Assembly: GCF_006345805.1 (NCBI RefSeq)
Contig: NC_042997.1
Location: 57,536,001-57,600,000 of the forward strand
Length of the DNA stretch: 64,000 nt
Direction of reading: 5' to 3'
Origin: Octopus sinensis
Taxonomy: Eukaryota
The translations under genes were made by a program, and so were the position numbers. Positions 1 through 12,811 of the stretch are shown here, in pieces. A model generated the notes under the pieces. The model ran no database searches and was not told where the DNA came from. It saw nothing but the letters and a program-made list of their open reading frames with translations. Each line of letters starts with the position of its first letter. Position 1 is the stretch's first letter.

Positions 1-723
1 TTATTATCATTTATAGATTTTCTATTCTATATGTAACCTATCCTCAATTGATTATCTATAAGAATATTTGTTTTGTTTGGTACTGAAAAAAAGAAGTATT
101 TGAAGATATAAACTGCATCAGCAGATATTAAAAGGAACGATAAGTGAGAGTAATTAGAATTTGAACTAGCATTTTTCTTGTTGCTGCCTTTGTTAGAATT
201 ACACTGAAGCATTAACGAAGTGGGTTTCCTTTTGTGATCTCTTTTTCTTACCATTTTTCTGTTTGGGTTGTGTATGTGCAAAACACTTTAAAAATATAAA
301 CATGTATTAACTGGCTCATTCTAGTTTATATGACACTAAAAGTAAATAAAATTTAAATTTGTGACTTCTGGTGGTTTGCTGTGATTGACAAGACCTGCCA
401 GGCTAAGTAAAAATGTGGCTGTCTATGCATACAGATATATCCTCTACACCCCTCTCTCAGCCAGAGATCCTAGTCTTGTGAGCTCGTGGGCACTGGTGCC
501 ATGTAAAAGTTCTTGTGTCAATGCCATGTAAATGCACTTGCATTGGAAACAATCTCAGAATATAGATATAAGGTTATTAACATAATATGATCATTTTTAT
601 GATCATTTATAGTATGGTGCTAGTTACTCCCAGACATTAACAAAAGAGATGTCTCCTTGATTCTCATTGGGCTCTCAGTTTTTATTCTATTTATATTTAC
701 TTGGTTTATTTTTGACAAATATT

Positions 724-1047
724 GTTGGCTGTGTGGTCGGAAGCTTGCTTCTGAGTTCAGTCCCACTGCATGGCACTTTGGGCAAGTGTCTTCTACTATA
801 GCCTTGGGCCAACCAAAGCCTTGTGAGTGGATTTGGTAGACAGAAACTGAAAGAAGTTTGTCGTGTGTGTGTGTGTCTCCCAGTACCACTTGACAACCGG
901 GTCTGGTGTGTTTGGCAAAAGAGATCAATGGAATAAGTACCAGGCTTTAAAGAATATAAGTACTGAGCTTGATTCATTTGACTAAAAAATTCTTCAAAGT
1001 GGTGCCTCAGCATGGCCGCAGTCTAATGACTGAAACAGGTAAAAGAA
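724..1047 (+). mobile_element. tRNA-derived SINE (family A)
   Basis: Head tggctgtgtggt...gagttcagtcccac, core gggcaagtgtcttctactatagcc, internal (TG)n. Related copies at ~5805-6012, 27636-27995 and 57175-57500. Confidence 0.8.
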
Positions 1048-1194
1048 AAAATGGTATGCTGTGCAATCTTTGCTTATTCATCACTAAAGAGAAATAAAGT
1101 ATAAATATAGTTTTTGATTAGCTTGTAACTTTATGTGTTTTAATTATTTAATGTGTGAATATGAACAGATGTAATGTCCCTTTTAACATTTTAG

Positions 1195-1299
1195 GATCAG
1201 TCTGCCTGGGCTGTTGGTAACCTGGCTGGTGATAGCAAAGAATGCCAGGACCTCTTACATACCCAAGGAGCTGTTTCTCCATTAATAAATCTTCTGCAG
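1195..1299 (+). CDS. TMCO6: Importin-alpha-like ARM-repeat protein (TMCO6-like), internal exon a
   Basis: ttttag|GAT...CAG|gtattt, 105 nt, phase 0/0. Encodes DQSAWAVGNLAGDSKECQDLLHTQGAVSPLINLLQ, resembling importin-alpha EQAVWALGNIAGD. Upstream exons lie outside the window. Symbol inferred from divergence from canonical KPNA. Confidence 0.85.
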
Positions 1300-1363
1300 G
1301 TATTTTTATTTTCTTTCTATGTCATTAATGTATTATTGTAAAGCTTTTACTAGGACATCATTA

Positions 1364-2502
1364 CATAGGAGGATATGAAGAAGTTCCTGGACCAGTTATG
1401 TTTAATAGAAAATAACTTATTTACCTAAGTTTTAACATCATCTCCTTCGAAATAGTCACTTTGTGCAGCAATACACCGGTCCCAGCATTCCTGCCACTTT
1501 TGGAATCCAGCCTGGAAGTCATTTTCCATAAGTGAATCAAGGACCTTCTGTGGTTCGCTCTGGATCTTAACCCTTTTGGTACCAACCCGACCAAAACCGC
1601 CTCTGGCCCTGTAGTACAAATGTCTTGATTTCATAAGTTTTGAATTAAAATCTTCCACCAAACCTTAGTCACAATTTATGTTCCTAACACTAGCTCAATG
1701 ATAACTAAGTTATTGTACTAAATTCTTAGTTATATTTAAAATTAATTGAACGAAACACAGAGCGTCTCAACAGAAATACGGTAATGAAAGGGTTAACAGT
1801 GTTAAAACGGTGACCTTTAAGCTGCATTTACATCTTGGGGAAGAAATAGAAGTCCACAGGTGCTAAATCTGGCAAATAGGGCAAGTGCAGAAGTGATGCT
1901 GTGTTGTTTTTGGTGAGAAGCTTGGAGAGCTCGGTGACAGGGTGCATTGTCTTCATGAAGTATCCAATTCTTCACACTTCACCGATCCAGTTGCTTTTGC
2001 CGAATGTCCTTCCTCTATGACACTTCAAAACATTGCAGTAGAACTCTTGATTGATGGTCTGGCACTGGGGGATGAATACTTGATGCACAATACCACATTT
2101 CCTGGGTTGTTGCTTGTGGCAGATCTTCCAGATCACTCATCATCTTTCAAGGACGTTCTTCTACTTTTGAAGCACCTGTGCCAGTTGAACATTGCGTACG
2201 ACCCATTGCCTCATTGTCGTAAGCTTGCTGAAGCATGTTCAATATCTCTGTAGTAGACTTCCTAAGTTTAACACAAAATTTCACATTGGCTCTTTGTTCC
2301 TGTCCCTGACAAAATTGCAGACTACAGCATACACATGATCACAAAAATACAAATGTCGCAACTTGCGAAGTAAACACTGCAATGTCACTCAGCACACTGC
2401 CTCATGAAGATCACTGCTAGCTTTCACTGCGCATGCAACCATGTGTTGCCATCTGTTAGTGACTTCAGAACTAGTCTGGGAACTTTTTGATACCACCTCA
2501 TG
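1364..2502 (-). mobile_element. Degenerate mariner (Tc1/mariner) element, internally deleted
   Basis: Degenerate TIRs (gaggatatgaagaagttcctggaccag versus ctagtctgggaactttttgataccacctc). Transposase C-terminus FQKWQECWDRCIAAQSDYFEGD on the minus strand. Confidence 0.8.
1571..1792. mobile_element. piggyBac-like MITE nested in the mariner
   Basis: TTAA|CCCTTTTGGTACC ... GGTAATGAAAGGG|TTAA, i.e. TTAA target duplication with CCC/GGG termini. Confidence 0.85.
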
Positions 2503-5164
2503 TGTTTCTTTAGCATTTGTGTGTATGTGTCAGAAGAGACATCCAATGTATTTTCACTTCAGGGTATATTTGAGTTTAATGGCTGGGTAATAAGGTTAAT
2601 GTATGAAGGCTGGTAGAATGAGTATCATAAGTTGCATAAGCTTATATTCAAGGTGTGTTGGGTGCCGCTCACATGTCATATAAGAACAATTAAAAGTAAA
2701 TCAGTATTTGTAATTTTACAATTTCTTATGAATGCTCATGAAGTATAATATTTGTTCTTTTGTTTGTTCCCTAGTCAGTCTTGGTCAAACAGACCCTGGA
2801 TTGAAAGCATTCCATTTGTGCTCATCTATATTTTTGTTTATCAGGGCCTATGTTGTGCAATGTATTTTTCTTTATTTGCTACTGTTTCTAGGTCAGATAA
2901 TCTCTTAGAAGCTTATTAATAGTTGTAGTAAGCTGTTACTGCTTACATTAGACTCTAATATCTCGCAGCATATAGAAACTGAAAGTATAGTATGGTATGC
3001 TGTCAAGAATATGAAGAATGTGAGGATCATAACCACTACCACTATAATAGGATAGCAGAGAAAACTTGTAGTCAGTGTACAGTTGAATAGCCTCTTAATT
3101 GACTGTTGTTTTGATGTTATGATTATTATTATTATTTTTTTTGCAAACTGTTGTTGTTTATCAAAACAGATGTCCTGTTGGAATAATTCCATTCACAAAA
3201 TTAAGAATACAATATATAACTCTTGATAGTCTAATTTACCTTACTGTAAATAAGTATTATCATGTAAGCAACAACTGTAATGTGTTGTTACATTTCAGTT
3301 TTATTCTCAAATTTTTTTTTGGGCCATTCAACTTTTCTAAATTCAGTTAGAAAAATACTATAGTGGTGGAAAGAACATTGTATGTTTCAATTATTGCTAC
3401 ATTTGTCTTTAGTACACTTGCATGTTACATCTCATGGTTTTTATCACAGTCTTTATCTGAAGATAGAATCTAGTACATACTGTTAGAATGAAGGATTTGA
3501 TTTTTGGATCTAATTAGTTACACTCATTGTAGAGTAGATTTACAAATATTTTGGATATCTCCAAATCCTAGAACATTTAATACATTGTATCAAGCTGGCA
3601 CATCAAACTTAAATGGCTGTGTGTTTAAAAAGTTTGCTTTGTAACCATATGGTCTTTGATTCAGCCCAACTGCATAGCACCATGGGGTGTCCAATCCCTC
3701 AAGAGTGAAATTGGTATGAAAGCCCATTGTGTATATGTACATGTGTGTGTGTGTGCATGTTGTCATTTTCACTCTTTTACATGAGAATGTTTGAATAGAA
3801 AATGGTAATATGAGGTTTATATTCTTTGTGAACCATACGTCCTGTAGCTCAGCTCTTTTGAAATTTAGTTGAATCAAAAAAAAAACAGGTAAGGTTTGAT
3901 AACAGGAAGAACATCTTGTAAAATATGCTTAGTTCTTTCTGTTTTTGTATGTACCTGTGGTATGTGTCACACTTCGAAGGAAGAGGTAAAAAGTTAAAGG
4001 GAGAGGTACAAAGAAAAAGAGCAATAAAAGGTGTTAAGCAAATTAGGTGAGTGGCAAAGCGGGAGAGAGGAGAGGAATAGAAGCAGAGGAGGTATAGTTG
4101 AAGTGAGAGGCAAAGAAGAGGAAGTAAGAGAGAGAGGGGGGAGTGTGATGGCACTGAGAGGTAAGAGAAATATGTGTTAAATGCAGGAGGACAGTTAGCG
4201 GCAAGGAGACATAGGGGAGGGAGGAGAAAAAGATTTAGATAGATAGATTGAGTGAAGGAAGGGTGTGGATAGACAATAATAGTGCAAGACAATGGAACCA
4301 TTCTCATACAGAAAACGTTGGAAAACTTTTCATTTTCGACGATATATGATAATTGCAAAAAGAAATATTGCCTATCTATCTGTCTTACAGTTATTTTGTC
4401 TGCCTCTCTCTCTCTCAGCAAATAGTTGTAGATGTTACTGTTACTTTCTACAGTATTTTCAGAGTAGACTGATGCATAGATACATACACATATTGTTAAA
4501 TTAAAAGCGGGAGAGAGGAGGGACACAGGAAGTGAGAGAGACAGTAGATACATAGATCGAAAGAAAAGTTGATACATGAATGCATAGACATATTGTTAAA
4601 TCAAAGACAAATAACTACAGCTAATATTAGATGTCACTTTCACTTTTCATTATCACATGAGGATAAAATTAACTTGCAAGTGGCCGAGTATTCCACAGAC
4701 ATGCATACCATTAACGTAGTTCTCAGAGAGATTCAACCTCACACAGAATATGACAAGGCTGGCCCCTTTCAGTTACAGCTACAACTCATTTTGGCCAGCT
4801 GAGTGAACTGGAGCTAGATAAACCTTCAAGTGGTGGAAAGAAAATGAAAAAGATCCTATATAGGGGCAGGAAAATCTTTTTAGTCATTAGGGTCACTATT
4901 GGTGTTAATCCATTCCTAACAGTGGCATTTGTAGGTGTCACAGATCTGGAGGCCAAGCCCTCCCCCCCCCCTCGATAAACACCAATGCACAGGCTGTTGT
5001 TATCAAACTGAGCGTGAATTGAGGGCAAAATCACTACACAACGGAATAGCAATTATTTTGTCTTAGCTTTCACTGCTTATTCTAAACATATGACATTTTT
5101 GCCTTACAATATGGAACATTTCCTTTTCTCTCACACTTTCTAAAAAATGGCACACTATTGCTTA

Positions 5165-5450
5165 TGACGATGAAGTTCCTGTTTATCTGATCAATGGAAT
5201 TGTCTGCTCATAAAATTAACACACAAGTGGCTGAGTACTCTACAGACATGCATACCATAGCATAGTTCTCAGGGAGATTCAGCCTCACACAGAATGTGAC
5301 AAGGCTGAACCCTTTGAGTTACAGCTACATCTCATTTTTGCCAGCTGAGTGGACTGCAGCAAGGTGAAGTAGAGTACCTTGCTCAAGAACACAGCATGCC
5401 ACTGGGAATTGTGGGCCGAATACTCGTAACCACTGAGCCACACACCTTCA
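5165..5450 (-). mobile_element. tRNA-derived SINE
   Basis: Reverse complement has A-box tggctcagtgg and core cagtccactcagctgg. Partial copy at 4660-4815. 3' part shared with 44500-44866. Confidence 0.75.
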
Positions 5451-6714
5451 CTCTTAATAGAGAAAAGGAGTGAAGCGATACAGACAGAGAAAGGAAAGCT
5501 TCAGTCATTTAAAATGACAACTAGACAGAAATACAATTCATCTTTTCTAGCTTCTTTACTTTTAACAATGAAGAAAAGGGAAAGACATTTAGAAATGAAT
5601 AGAGGGAAAGTCTTTCAGATGTTTACATTTTCATTCTGGGAATTCTAGAATGATTGACTGTTAGTTCTCTCTTTCCTCCCACTCCCAGTACTTATTCGCC
5701 TTCTTTCATAGTTCTTCATGCCTTTTAGTTGAGGGGAAAGACCATGTTTTTTTTTTCAGGCACGTTTAACGTTTCCTCTACAAACTACAAACAAGCCCCC
5801 ATTATTTCTGTGTGTGTGTTTGTTCCTCCACCATCACTTGACAACAGATGTTGGTGTGTTTGTGTTCCCATAACTTAGCTGTTTGGCAGAAGAGACTGAT
5901 AGAATAAGCACCAGGCTTACAGGGAATAAGACCAGAGGTTGATTTCTTAACTAAAGGGTGGTGCTCCAGCATGGCCACAGTCAAATGACTGAAACTAGTA
6001 AAAGAATAAAAGAATACTAGAAGAATGTTCTGTACACTAAACCAAGAAGGTTCTTTGAATATGTACGATGTATTTTAAGGTTAATATAGTAATTCTATTT
6101 ATGTTTGCGTAGCTGAGATATTTTGGTTGGATTATCGAGTTATCAGTTTTACACTTCTTACTTTATTCCGTAGGTGTCACAATATAGAAACATTTCTCAT
6201 GGTACCAGCACACAATTTACAGATGCTTACGTTTTTTATGTTTTCGATGAAGTTTTCACGGCTCCAGCTAGTCATAATTTTACTAATGCTGACAGTACCT
6301 TTCATCTTTCTGATGATGGTAAAACAGTATCAGTCAAGTACTACAGTTGATTTAATGGGCTGTATATGCTCTCCCAAAGTTTGGGGCAGTGTTTGTTGAA
6401 TCTTTAGTCAGATAAAATGTTTTGTGGTATTCACTTACATTCTGAGTTTAAATTTCACCAAAGTCAATTTTGCCTTTCATCCTTTTGTGGGTTATTAGGT
6501 TCAATTAATCAACTTAATCCGCTCTCTCTAAAATTAGTGATCTTGTGTTTATATTAAAAATCATTATTGTTATTTTAAATCCAAACTATAATTGTTTTTA
6601 AATTGCTGTCTTCAGAGTTATAATTGATATGTTAACATGCAATATTTAAAATGAAAAAGAAACGACTGGATTCAATATGTATCAAGTTAAATATCATTAA
6701 CTATTCAATTTCAG

Positions 6715-6791
6715 TCACCTGTGCCTTCTGTTGTCCAATCAGCCTCTTTTGCTCTCTCTAACCTTGCCAGAGAAAATCCAAGCATACAAAG
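6715..6791 (+). CDS. TMCO6: TMCO6-like exon b
   Basis: tttcag|TCA...AG|gtattt, 77 nt, phase 0/2. Encodes SPVPSVVQSASFALSNLARENPSIQ (cf. WALSNLCR). Confidence 0.85.
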
Positions 6792-7184
6792 GTATTTATG
6801 AACAAAACAGATTGAAGATTTTATGTTTAATTTCAGTTCTTCCTACTCATGATTTCATTTGAAACATTTCTATCAAAATGGTATATTTTCACACTTAGCA
6901 TAATTTGATGGTTTCTTTCATTTTGTAGTATCACCATCATCATAATTTAATGTCCTTTTTTTTTCATGCTGGCATTGGTTGGACTCAACATTTATATTGC
7001 TAATGAAACCCTGTGGCTATTTTGGTGACATTTTAATAATAATTTGCAAATTATACTGCTTCAATTATTGATTTGGCATCACTAATTTCCAGTCCTTATC
7101 CTATCCAAACACCCCCTCTTTTAAAATGTGAGTAGTCTTGAACAAGAAACCTACTTTACTCCAACCCTTTTCTCTCGTACTTTA

Positions 7185-7786
7185 TAATAATAATAATAAT
7201 AATAATAATTGTGTACAGTGCTCAGGTGCACTACAACTCATCTAAAGTGTATATATAATCAGGTGTAGTTTCGGCGGATTTCGGAAAGCATGAGGGCCTT
7301 AAAGGATGCAGTGTCATGGCAGTCAACAACTGACGCAGGCAGTTTATTCCATGCTTCAGCAACTCTGAGCGTGAAAAAATGTTTCCGAAAGTCATGGGAG
7401 CTGTGTTGTTTTCTGACTTTGTAGGCATGTCCACGTGTGTTAGACACATGGAGATCAAAAAGGTGTTCAGTGTTGTTGTTGGTGAGGTGGTTGATAACCT
7501 TGTGGGTGTTTACCAAGTCCGTCGCCAGACGCCGGAGCTTCAGTGAATCCATGCCCAGGGAAATAAGGCGCTCAGAATATGGTAGGTGTCTGATGGAGGG
7601 TATGCGTTTGGTTGCACGTCTCTGAACAGATTCCAGGAGGTCAATGTTCTGAGCAAGATAGGGATTACAAACTGATGATGCGAATTCCAAGTGTGGTCGT
7701 ACCATAGCTGTATACAGTTTTAAATAGATGGCTGGAGAGCGGCTAACAAAAGTCTTGCTGAGTGATGCCAAGACACCCTCGGCCTT
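7185..7786 (-). mobile_element. CR1-clade LINE, 5'-truncated 3' end
   Basis: Open 170-aa ORF with LYTAMVRPHLEFASSV, LESVQRRATK, YSERL, TRGH and FFTLRVAEAWNKLP motifs. Short 3' UTR and (ATT)n tail. Confidence 0.92.
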
Positions 7787-7839
7787 ATTTATCTACTTAT
7801 TTTCCTAGCATAAAGTTCCCCCTCCCCACTCATGGTTTG

Positions 7840-8033
7840 TAGTCTTGCAAGCTGCATGACTATCTCATTTGTGTTAGTAGCATGTTAAAAGCACCCAATT
7901 CACACTGTAAAGTGGTTGGCATTGGAAAGAGCGTTCAGCTGTAGAAACCATGCCAAACAGTTCTTGGGCCTATCCTGTCAAAATTTTCAGCTCATGCCAG
8001 CATGGAACATAGACATTACATGATGATGATGAT
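7840..8033 (+). mobile_element. SINE 3' part with (GAT)n tail
   Basis: cacactgtaaagtggttggcatt...catgccagcatggaa...gatgatgat. Homologous to 46345-46670 and 62236-62410. Confidence 0.7.
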
Positions 8034-8137
8034 GGAAAATATCTGATTTAATTATTAAGGCAATTGTTTATTACACTGTTAATATGAATGATTTGCAGTT
8101 ATTTTACCAGCTGATTCTTTGTTTTATTTTATTGTAG

Positions 8138-8251
8138 AACGATGCTTGATAATAACATATTATCCAACATCATTCCTTTCTTGCATATTCATTTCAACTC
8201 CTTTGATATTTTGTGTGAACTTGGTTGGGTATTAACTTACCTTACTGCCAG
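8138..8251 (+). CDS. TMCO6: TMCO6-like exon c
   Basis: ttgtag|A...AG|gtaagt, 114 nt, phase 2/2. Encodes TMLDNNILSNIIPFLHIHFNSFDILCELGWVLTYLTA (cf. CWALSYLTD). Confidence 0.85.
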
Positions 8252-8802
8252 GTAAGTTTCCATTAGTACTTATGCACTTTTTTGTGTGGTTTTCAGTATA
8301 AATTGTAAATTACAGTTTTGATCAAGTCAGTTTAAGATGTTTTAGCTATTTTTATTCTAATCTACTTTGTTTGCATTGATCTTGAACTTAAAAATATAAA
8401 AAAAATCTACCACTTTCAAAACTTCTTCATCAGTTTGAGGCCTTTGTAATTCCATACCTGTGAAACATCTCTTTTAAGTTTATGTTGAAGATGATAATGT
8501 TTGGCCAGTTATGAGGATTACACCTACCTGATCAGCCAGCCAACATGGGAGGCTTCTGTTTTTTTTTTTTGCTCAACTTGTTAAAAAAGCAGCCTAATCT
8601 TCTCCAAATCATTCACTATCATCTTAAATAAGAATAGAAAACATTGGATTATGTAATCTTGTATACCTTTGGGATGAACACAACCAGTGGCTAAACAGCA
8701 ACAACTTGATTAGTTAAATGAGTAACTAGTGGACATGTATATGCATGCATACTATCCTTTCTAATACTTCTTTGTAATCTTTGGAAACAATTTACTTTGC
8801 AG

Positions 8803-8899
8803 TAGTGAATATGTTGATGAGCTTGTAGCTATTGGACTTCTTACAAGATTGCTAAATCTGCTTGACAATTATGCTGCTGAAGAACAAAACAATGGACAG
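8803..8899 (+). CDS. TMCO6: TMCO6-like exon d
   Basis: ttgcag|T...CAG|gttagt, 97 nt, phase 2/0. Encodes SEYVDELVAIGLLTRLLNLLDNYAAEEQNNGQ. Tandem CAGTAG acceptor. Confidence 0.82.
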
Positions 8900-10188
8900 G
8901 TTAGTTTGGATTTTTACTGAATGTTATATACTGAGGAGGAAAATTATTCATTTCTAGGGTTTATTTTACAACCTGTATCTATAACTACTTCCTAATCTAG
9001 CTTCCTTTCTCCAAATGTTATATAGCTTCAAGCAAATTTATTCTTGATATCTTAAGTCTAAGTTTGTTAACCTAAGCATATTTACTTTTCAGTGAATTGA
9101 TCTTTATTTTTTCACTGATTTTCATCATTGTACTGTGTCCATACTGGGATACTATATTCAGAAGTTTAATTGATTTTATTGAGTTTGGTACTCTAGTATT
9201 TATTTTATCAATCTCTTATTTATCAATGAGCTAAGGCAGACAAAATATCATGATATTTTTGCTCAATACACTGATTCATCTGCCATCCCCTTTATTAATA
9301 TATATAGATATTTGTGTGTGTTTGTATATATGCTCACATAGATAGTTAAGAGGAATTGGCAGAATTATTAAAGTGTTAGATAGAATATTTTTCAGTATCT
9401 ATTTTGACTTTCTGCTCTGTGTTCAATCTTGCTAAAGTTAGCTTTTCCTTCCATCTTAGTAGGATCGATAAAAAAAAGTACCTTTCCATGGCAGTGGATT
9501 GATAGAGTTATTTTAGTGCCAGATAAGAAGCCTTGTCGTATCTATTCCAACCTTTTATGTTCAGTTTCACTTCAACAATTAGTGGCAATGAGATTCTGTC
9601 ATTTATATATTTTTTGCTGTTTTACTATTGAAAAAATTATTAATAACTGACAGAAAGACCTGATTGTATTTGTAGAGATTTTTGTAATGTGTTGTATGAA
9701 GTATTTCTCAAATGAATTCTCTACTTCACATGATTATTGAAATGTAGTTTATTAATAATAGACTATCTTATTTTGTCAGTTATAATTGTCAATAGTTATT
9801 TCAATTCACTTGTGTTACTAATGTTGTTAAATAAGGCATGGATCATCCCTTATAAATTTCCTTTATAAATCTATAAAAACGATTAGATATTGATTGGCTG
9901 TTAGATGGTTAAAACAGTAGGGTTGATTTAGATGGTGTAAAGTATTTAATTCTTAATTCAAATTTTGTTAGATTCATCTGTATATTTGTTTAGGATTTGT
10001 AGAGGTGTTGGTCATAGGGAAGTAATTTGATCAATTATATTTCTTTCTTTTATAAGAATGAGTCTTGTACCAAATGAAAAGAAATTGCAAATATTATTGT
10101 TGGAAGAGATCTTCCAAAAATGCTACATTTTTTGGGCAAATAAATAAATCCCCTACTAATGTTATTGTGAATATGTTTATTGTTGCAG

Positions 10189-10357
10189 GTGATAACTCCT
10201 TTGTTGCGGGCAGTGGGAAATATCTGTGCTGGACAAGATGAATATAGTGTACAAGCAGCCAATGATCCTGACTTCTTCTCATCACTAAATGCCTTCCTTC
10301 ACTCCAAACACCGGCATATTATCAAAGAAACATTGTGGGTTCTTTCTAATATGGCAG
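10189..10357 (+). CDS. TMCO6: TMCO6-like exon e
   Basis: ttgcag|GTG...G|gttagt, 169 nt, phase 0/1. Encodes VITPLLRAVGNICAGQDE...IIKETLWVLSNMA (cf. PALRAVGNIVTG and KEACWTISNITA). Confidence 0.9.
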
Positions 10358-11348
10358 GTTAGTATCTTTTTCTCTAATTTCTGCTTAAGAAATAGGCTCT
10401 TTTTTTTCTTTTGGTCCTCTGATAGACGGTTTTTTTTTCAACATGTGTAAATTTTAGGTCTGTCAACTAATGTAAATGTAGCACTTTCAACACTAAGAAT
10501 ACATAAAATGATGTGAAATTAGGTCGCAATTTGTGACTAAAGAAAGATTAAGTGAAAGGTAGAATCCACTGATAAACATTGACTTCAGATAGCCTTCATT
10601 TATTGTGTCTGTTTTTTATGCTGACTAGAGTTGACCATGTGTACAATACATTTTTCATATCTTGATTTTTTAATTGATTTCATATTACTATGATCAGATC
10701 CACTTCATTAACTATTGTATTTAATTCTGTGCTACTTTCTCCAGCTAACTTACACTAAACCTCCAAAGATTATACTATTGTACTGCAAGTTCACAGTTGG
10801 TATAGCTCTTTTGTTTCTTGTTTCACTGACAACACACTTTAGTAAATGGTTCTTTATATTCTGTTAACTGTCAATATAAACAACCTCAATAGCCTTATTT
10901 GGTAAAACATTCCATTCATATATAATTTGGCTGGATGGATACTGGGAAACAAGATCTTAAATCCACACTAGATAAAAGATGTAGTAAAGCTGGCAATAAT
11001 GCTGCTTAGTGATCAAGTTTATTACAGAATATTGATTGATGATAATTCATAGCCATAGAAAAAAATGTGTCCAATTTAGTAATGTGATAGTAATACCAGC
11101 AATAAATTAAATGTGAAAACAAGAACCAACAAGAAGAGAACTTTTATGTGATATCAACATCTGATGTCTGAGGCCTAAACTTAAATTATTCTGTTCTATT
11201 TAATGAAAACAATGGTAAATCAGCATCATAATTGTCCAAAACAGTTGTTTGTTTCTTTTTCAAAAATGTAATTTTTTTCTTCCGATTACTATTTAAAGTT
11301 ATTTATTTCTATTGCTTTCATTTTTATATTTTTCTTCTTTTTTCATAG

Positions 11349-11440
11349 CTATTGCTGATGTTTCAATGAGAATTTTGCATTCAGATCTTCTATCATCTGT
11401 AACTAAGCTTCTGGTGTCTACTTTTGACATTCGAATTGAA
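11349..11440 (+). CDS. TMCO6: TMCO6-like exon f
   Basis: tcatag|CT...GAA|gtaagt, 92 nt, phase 1/0. Encodes IADVSMRILHSDLLSSVTKLLVSTFDIRIE. Confidence 0.85.
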
Positions 11441-11786
11441 GTAAGTTCTTTAAAATATAGTTTAATCATTGACCTACATTGTCTACATTTTCTCTGTGGA
11501 CCTTTTCAGATCCATAATTGCTACCATATATCTGTTGGTACATTAACTTGTGTAACTCAATGTATTGAACTTTGAAGATAACCTTTGCTGACACAAGTTC
11601 CTAAGTTTTTGTTTCTCATTACTGGATCTATTTCTAGTAATATAAGTTTAATTGCCATAATTTCCTCTTTGCCTCTCATGCTCCAGAAAATCAGACTATG
11701 CATGTATTACGATTAATTCTGCTACTAACCTACCTCCTTGTCATCAGTAATTTTATTATAGTAATCTCTCTTGTATTAATCTTCAG

Positions 11787-11954
11787 GTTGTTTATCTGCT
11801 GTGTAACCTGGGTAGCCATTCTTCCAGTCATTGTTCAATATTGGCTCCTTTAAAGATTATTCCACAGATGGTTGTAATGTTGAAATCATCAGACCTTGAA
11901 TCTCTTAGTCTTGCTCTCTTTTTCTGTGAGATGATGTGCCGACTGACAGATGAG
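11787..11954 (+). CDS. TMCO6: TMCO6-like exon g
   Basis: cttcag|GTT...GAG|gtaatt, 168 nt, phase 0/0. Encodes VVYLLCNLGSHSSSHCSILAPLKIIPQMVVMLKSSDLESLSLALFFCEMMCRLTDE. Confidence 0.85.
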
Positions 11955-12685
11955 GTAATTATTTATCTAATCTTCCTTTGCTGGATATTCTATAGACTTT
12001 TGGACAGTTAATCTATAGTTACAGACTTTTATGTACATGTATGAAGGGCAAATCAACCTAGATAAACCCACTTCTTCCTATGTTGTATTCATATAGAGAG
12101 TTGCATTAGTATCTTTTATTTGCACGTCATCGAGATGTAACTTCACTAAGCCGTTTGAAATCTTTGACTTTTTTGTATTTAATTTATTTTTCTGTATTTA
12201 ATAATTTATTTACTGAGAAAAAATATCTATGCTTAAGGACAGAGAAAAATATCACTAACAGAATTTCAACATTTCTTTAACGAGCTTGTCCTCCATTTTA
12301 ACCATCCAGCAATTTTGCAATGATGGAATTGAAGATAGATGTTGAGTTTGTGTATTGAAAAAATCTCTTTGAGACATGTATGCAAGCCTGTTTTGATTCC
12401 CAGCTTAAGCTGATTTATTTTTCTATTAATGGTAATTGCTCAAAGAATGGTACAAATGCCAAAACTCATATTTCTCCTCATATAATCTTTAGTTTCATTT
12501 CTATTTTAAAAGCATTATTGAAAGTTAAGTTTAATGTGATTTGAACTGAGAAAGTTTTTCAATTCTAGTTTTGTTACTTTTATCATCATTCTTTATTGTT
12601 GTTATATTAATGTTATTTTATTGTTGTCACTGTTTTTCATCAGTATGACATCTGATTCTAGCTAAAGTTTTCATTATATACCCAG

Positions 12686-12811
12686 GGTCAACAACAGTTT
12701 GAAGAATGTGGTGGGATTGGTTATCTTGAAGGTCTGGAATACCATTCCAATGAAGCAATTCAGACTCAAGCTAATGAAATGCTGGAGACCTATTTCTTTC
12801 TTGGGGATGAA
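12686..12811 (+). CDS. TMCO6: TMCO6-like exon h (last ARM repeat)
   Basis: cccag|GGT...GAA|gtaaga, 126 nt, phase 0/0. Encodes GQQQFEECGGIGYLEGLEYHSNEAIQTQANEMLETYFFLGDE (cf. importin-alpha IEECGGLDKIEALQNHENE...LIEKYF). Confidence 0.9.

Noticed and set aside
3849-4577. Longest ORF in the track (242 aa, L/S/P/F-rich)
   Set aside because: It is the translation of a low-complexity purine-rich tract, antisense in an intron, with no recognisable domain.
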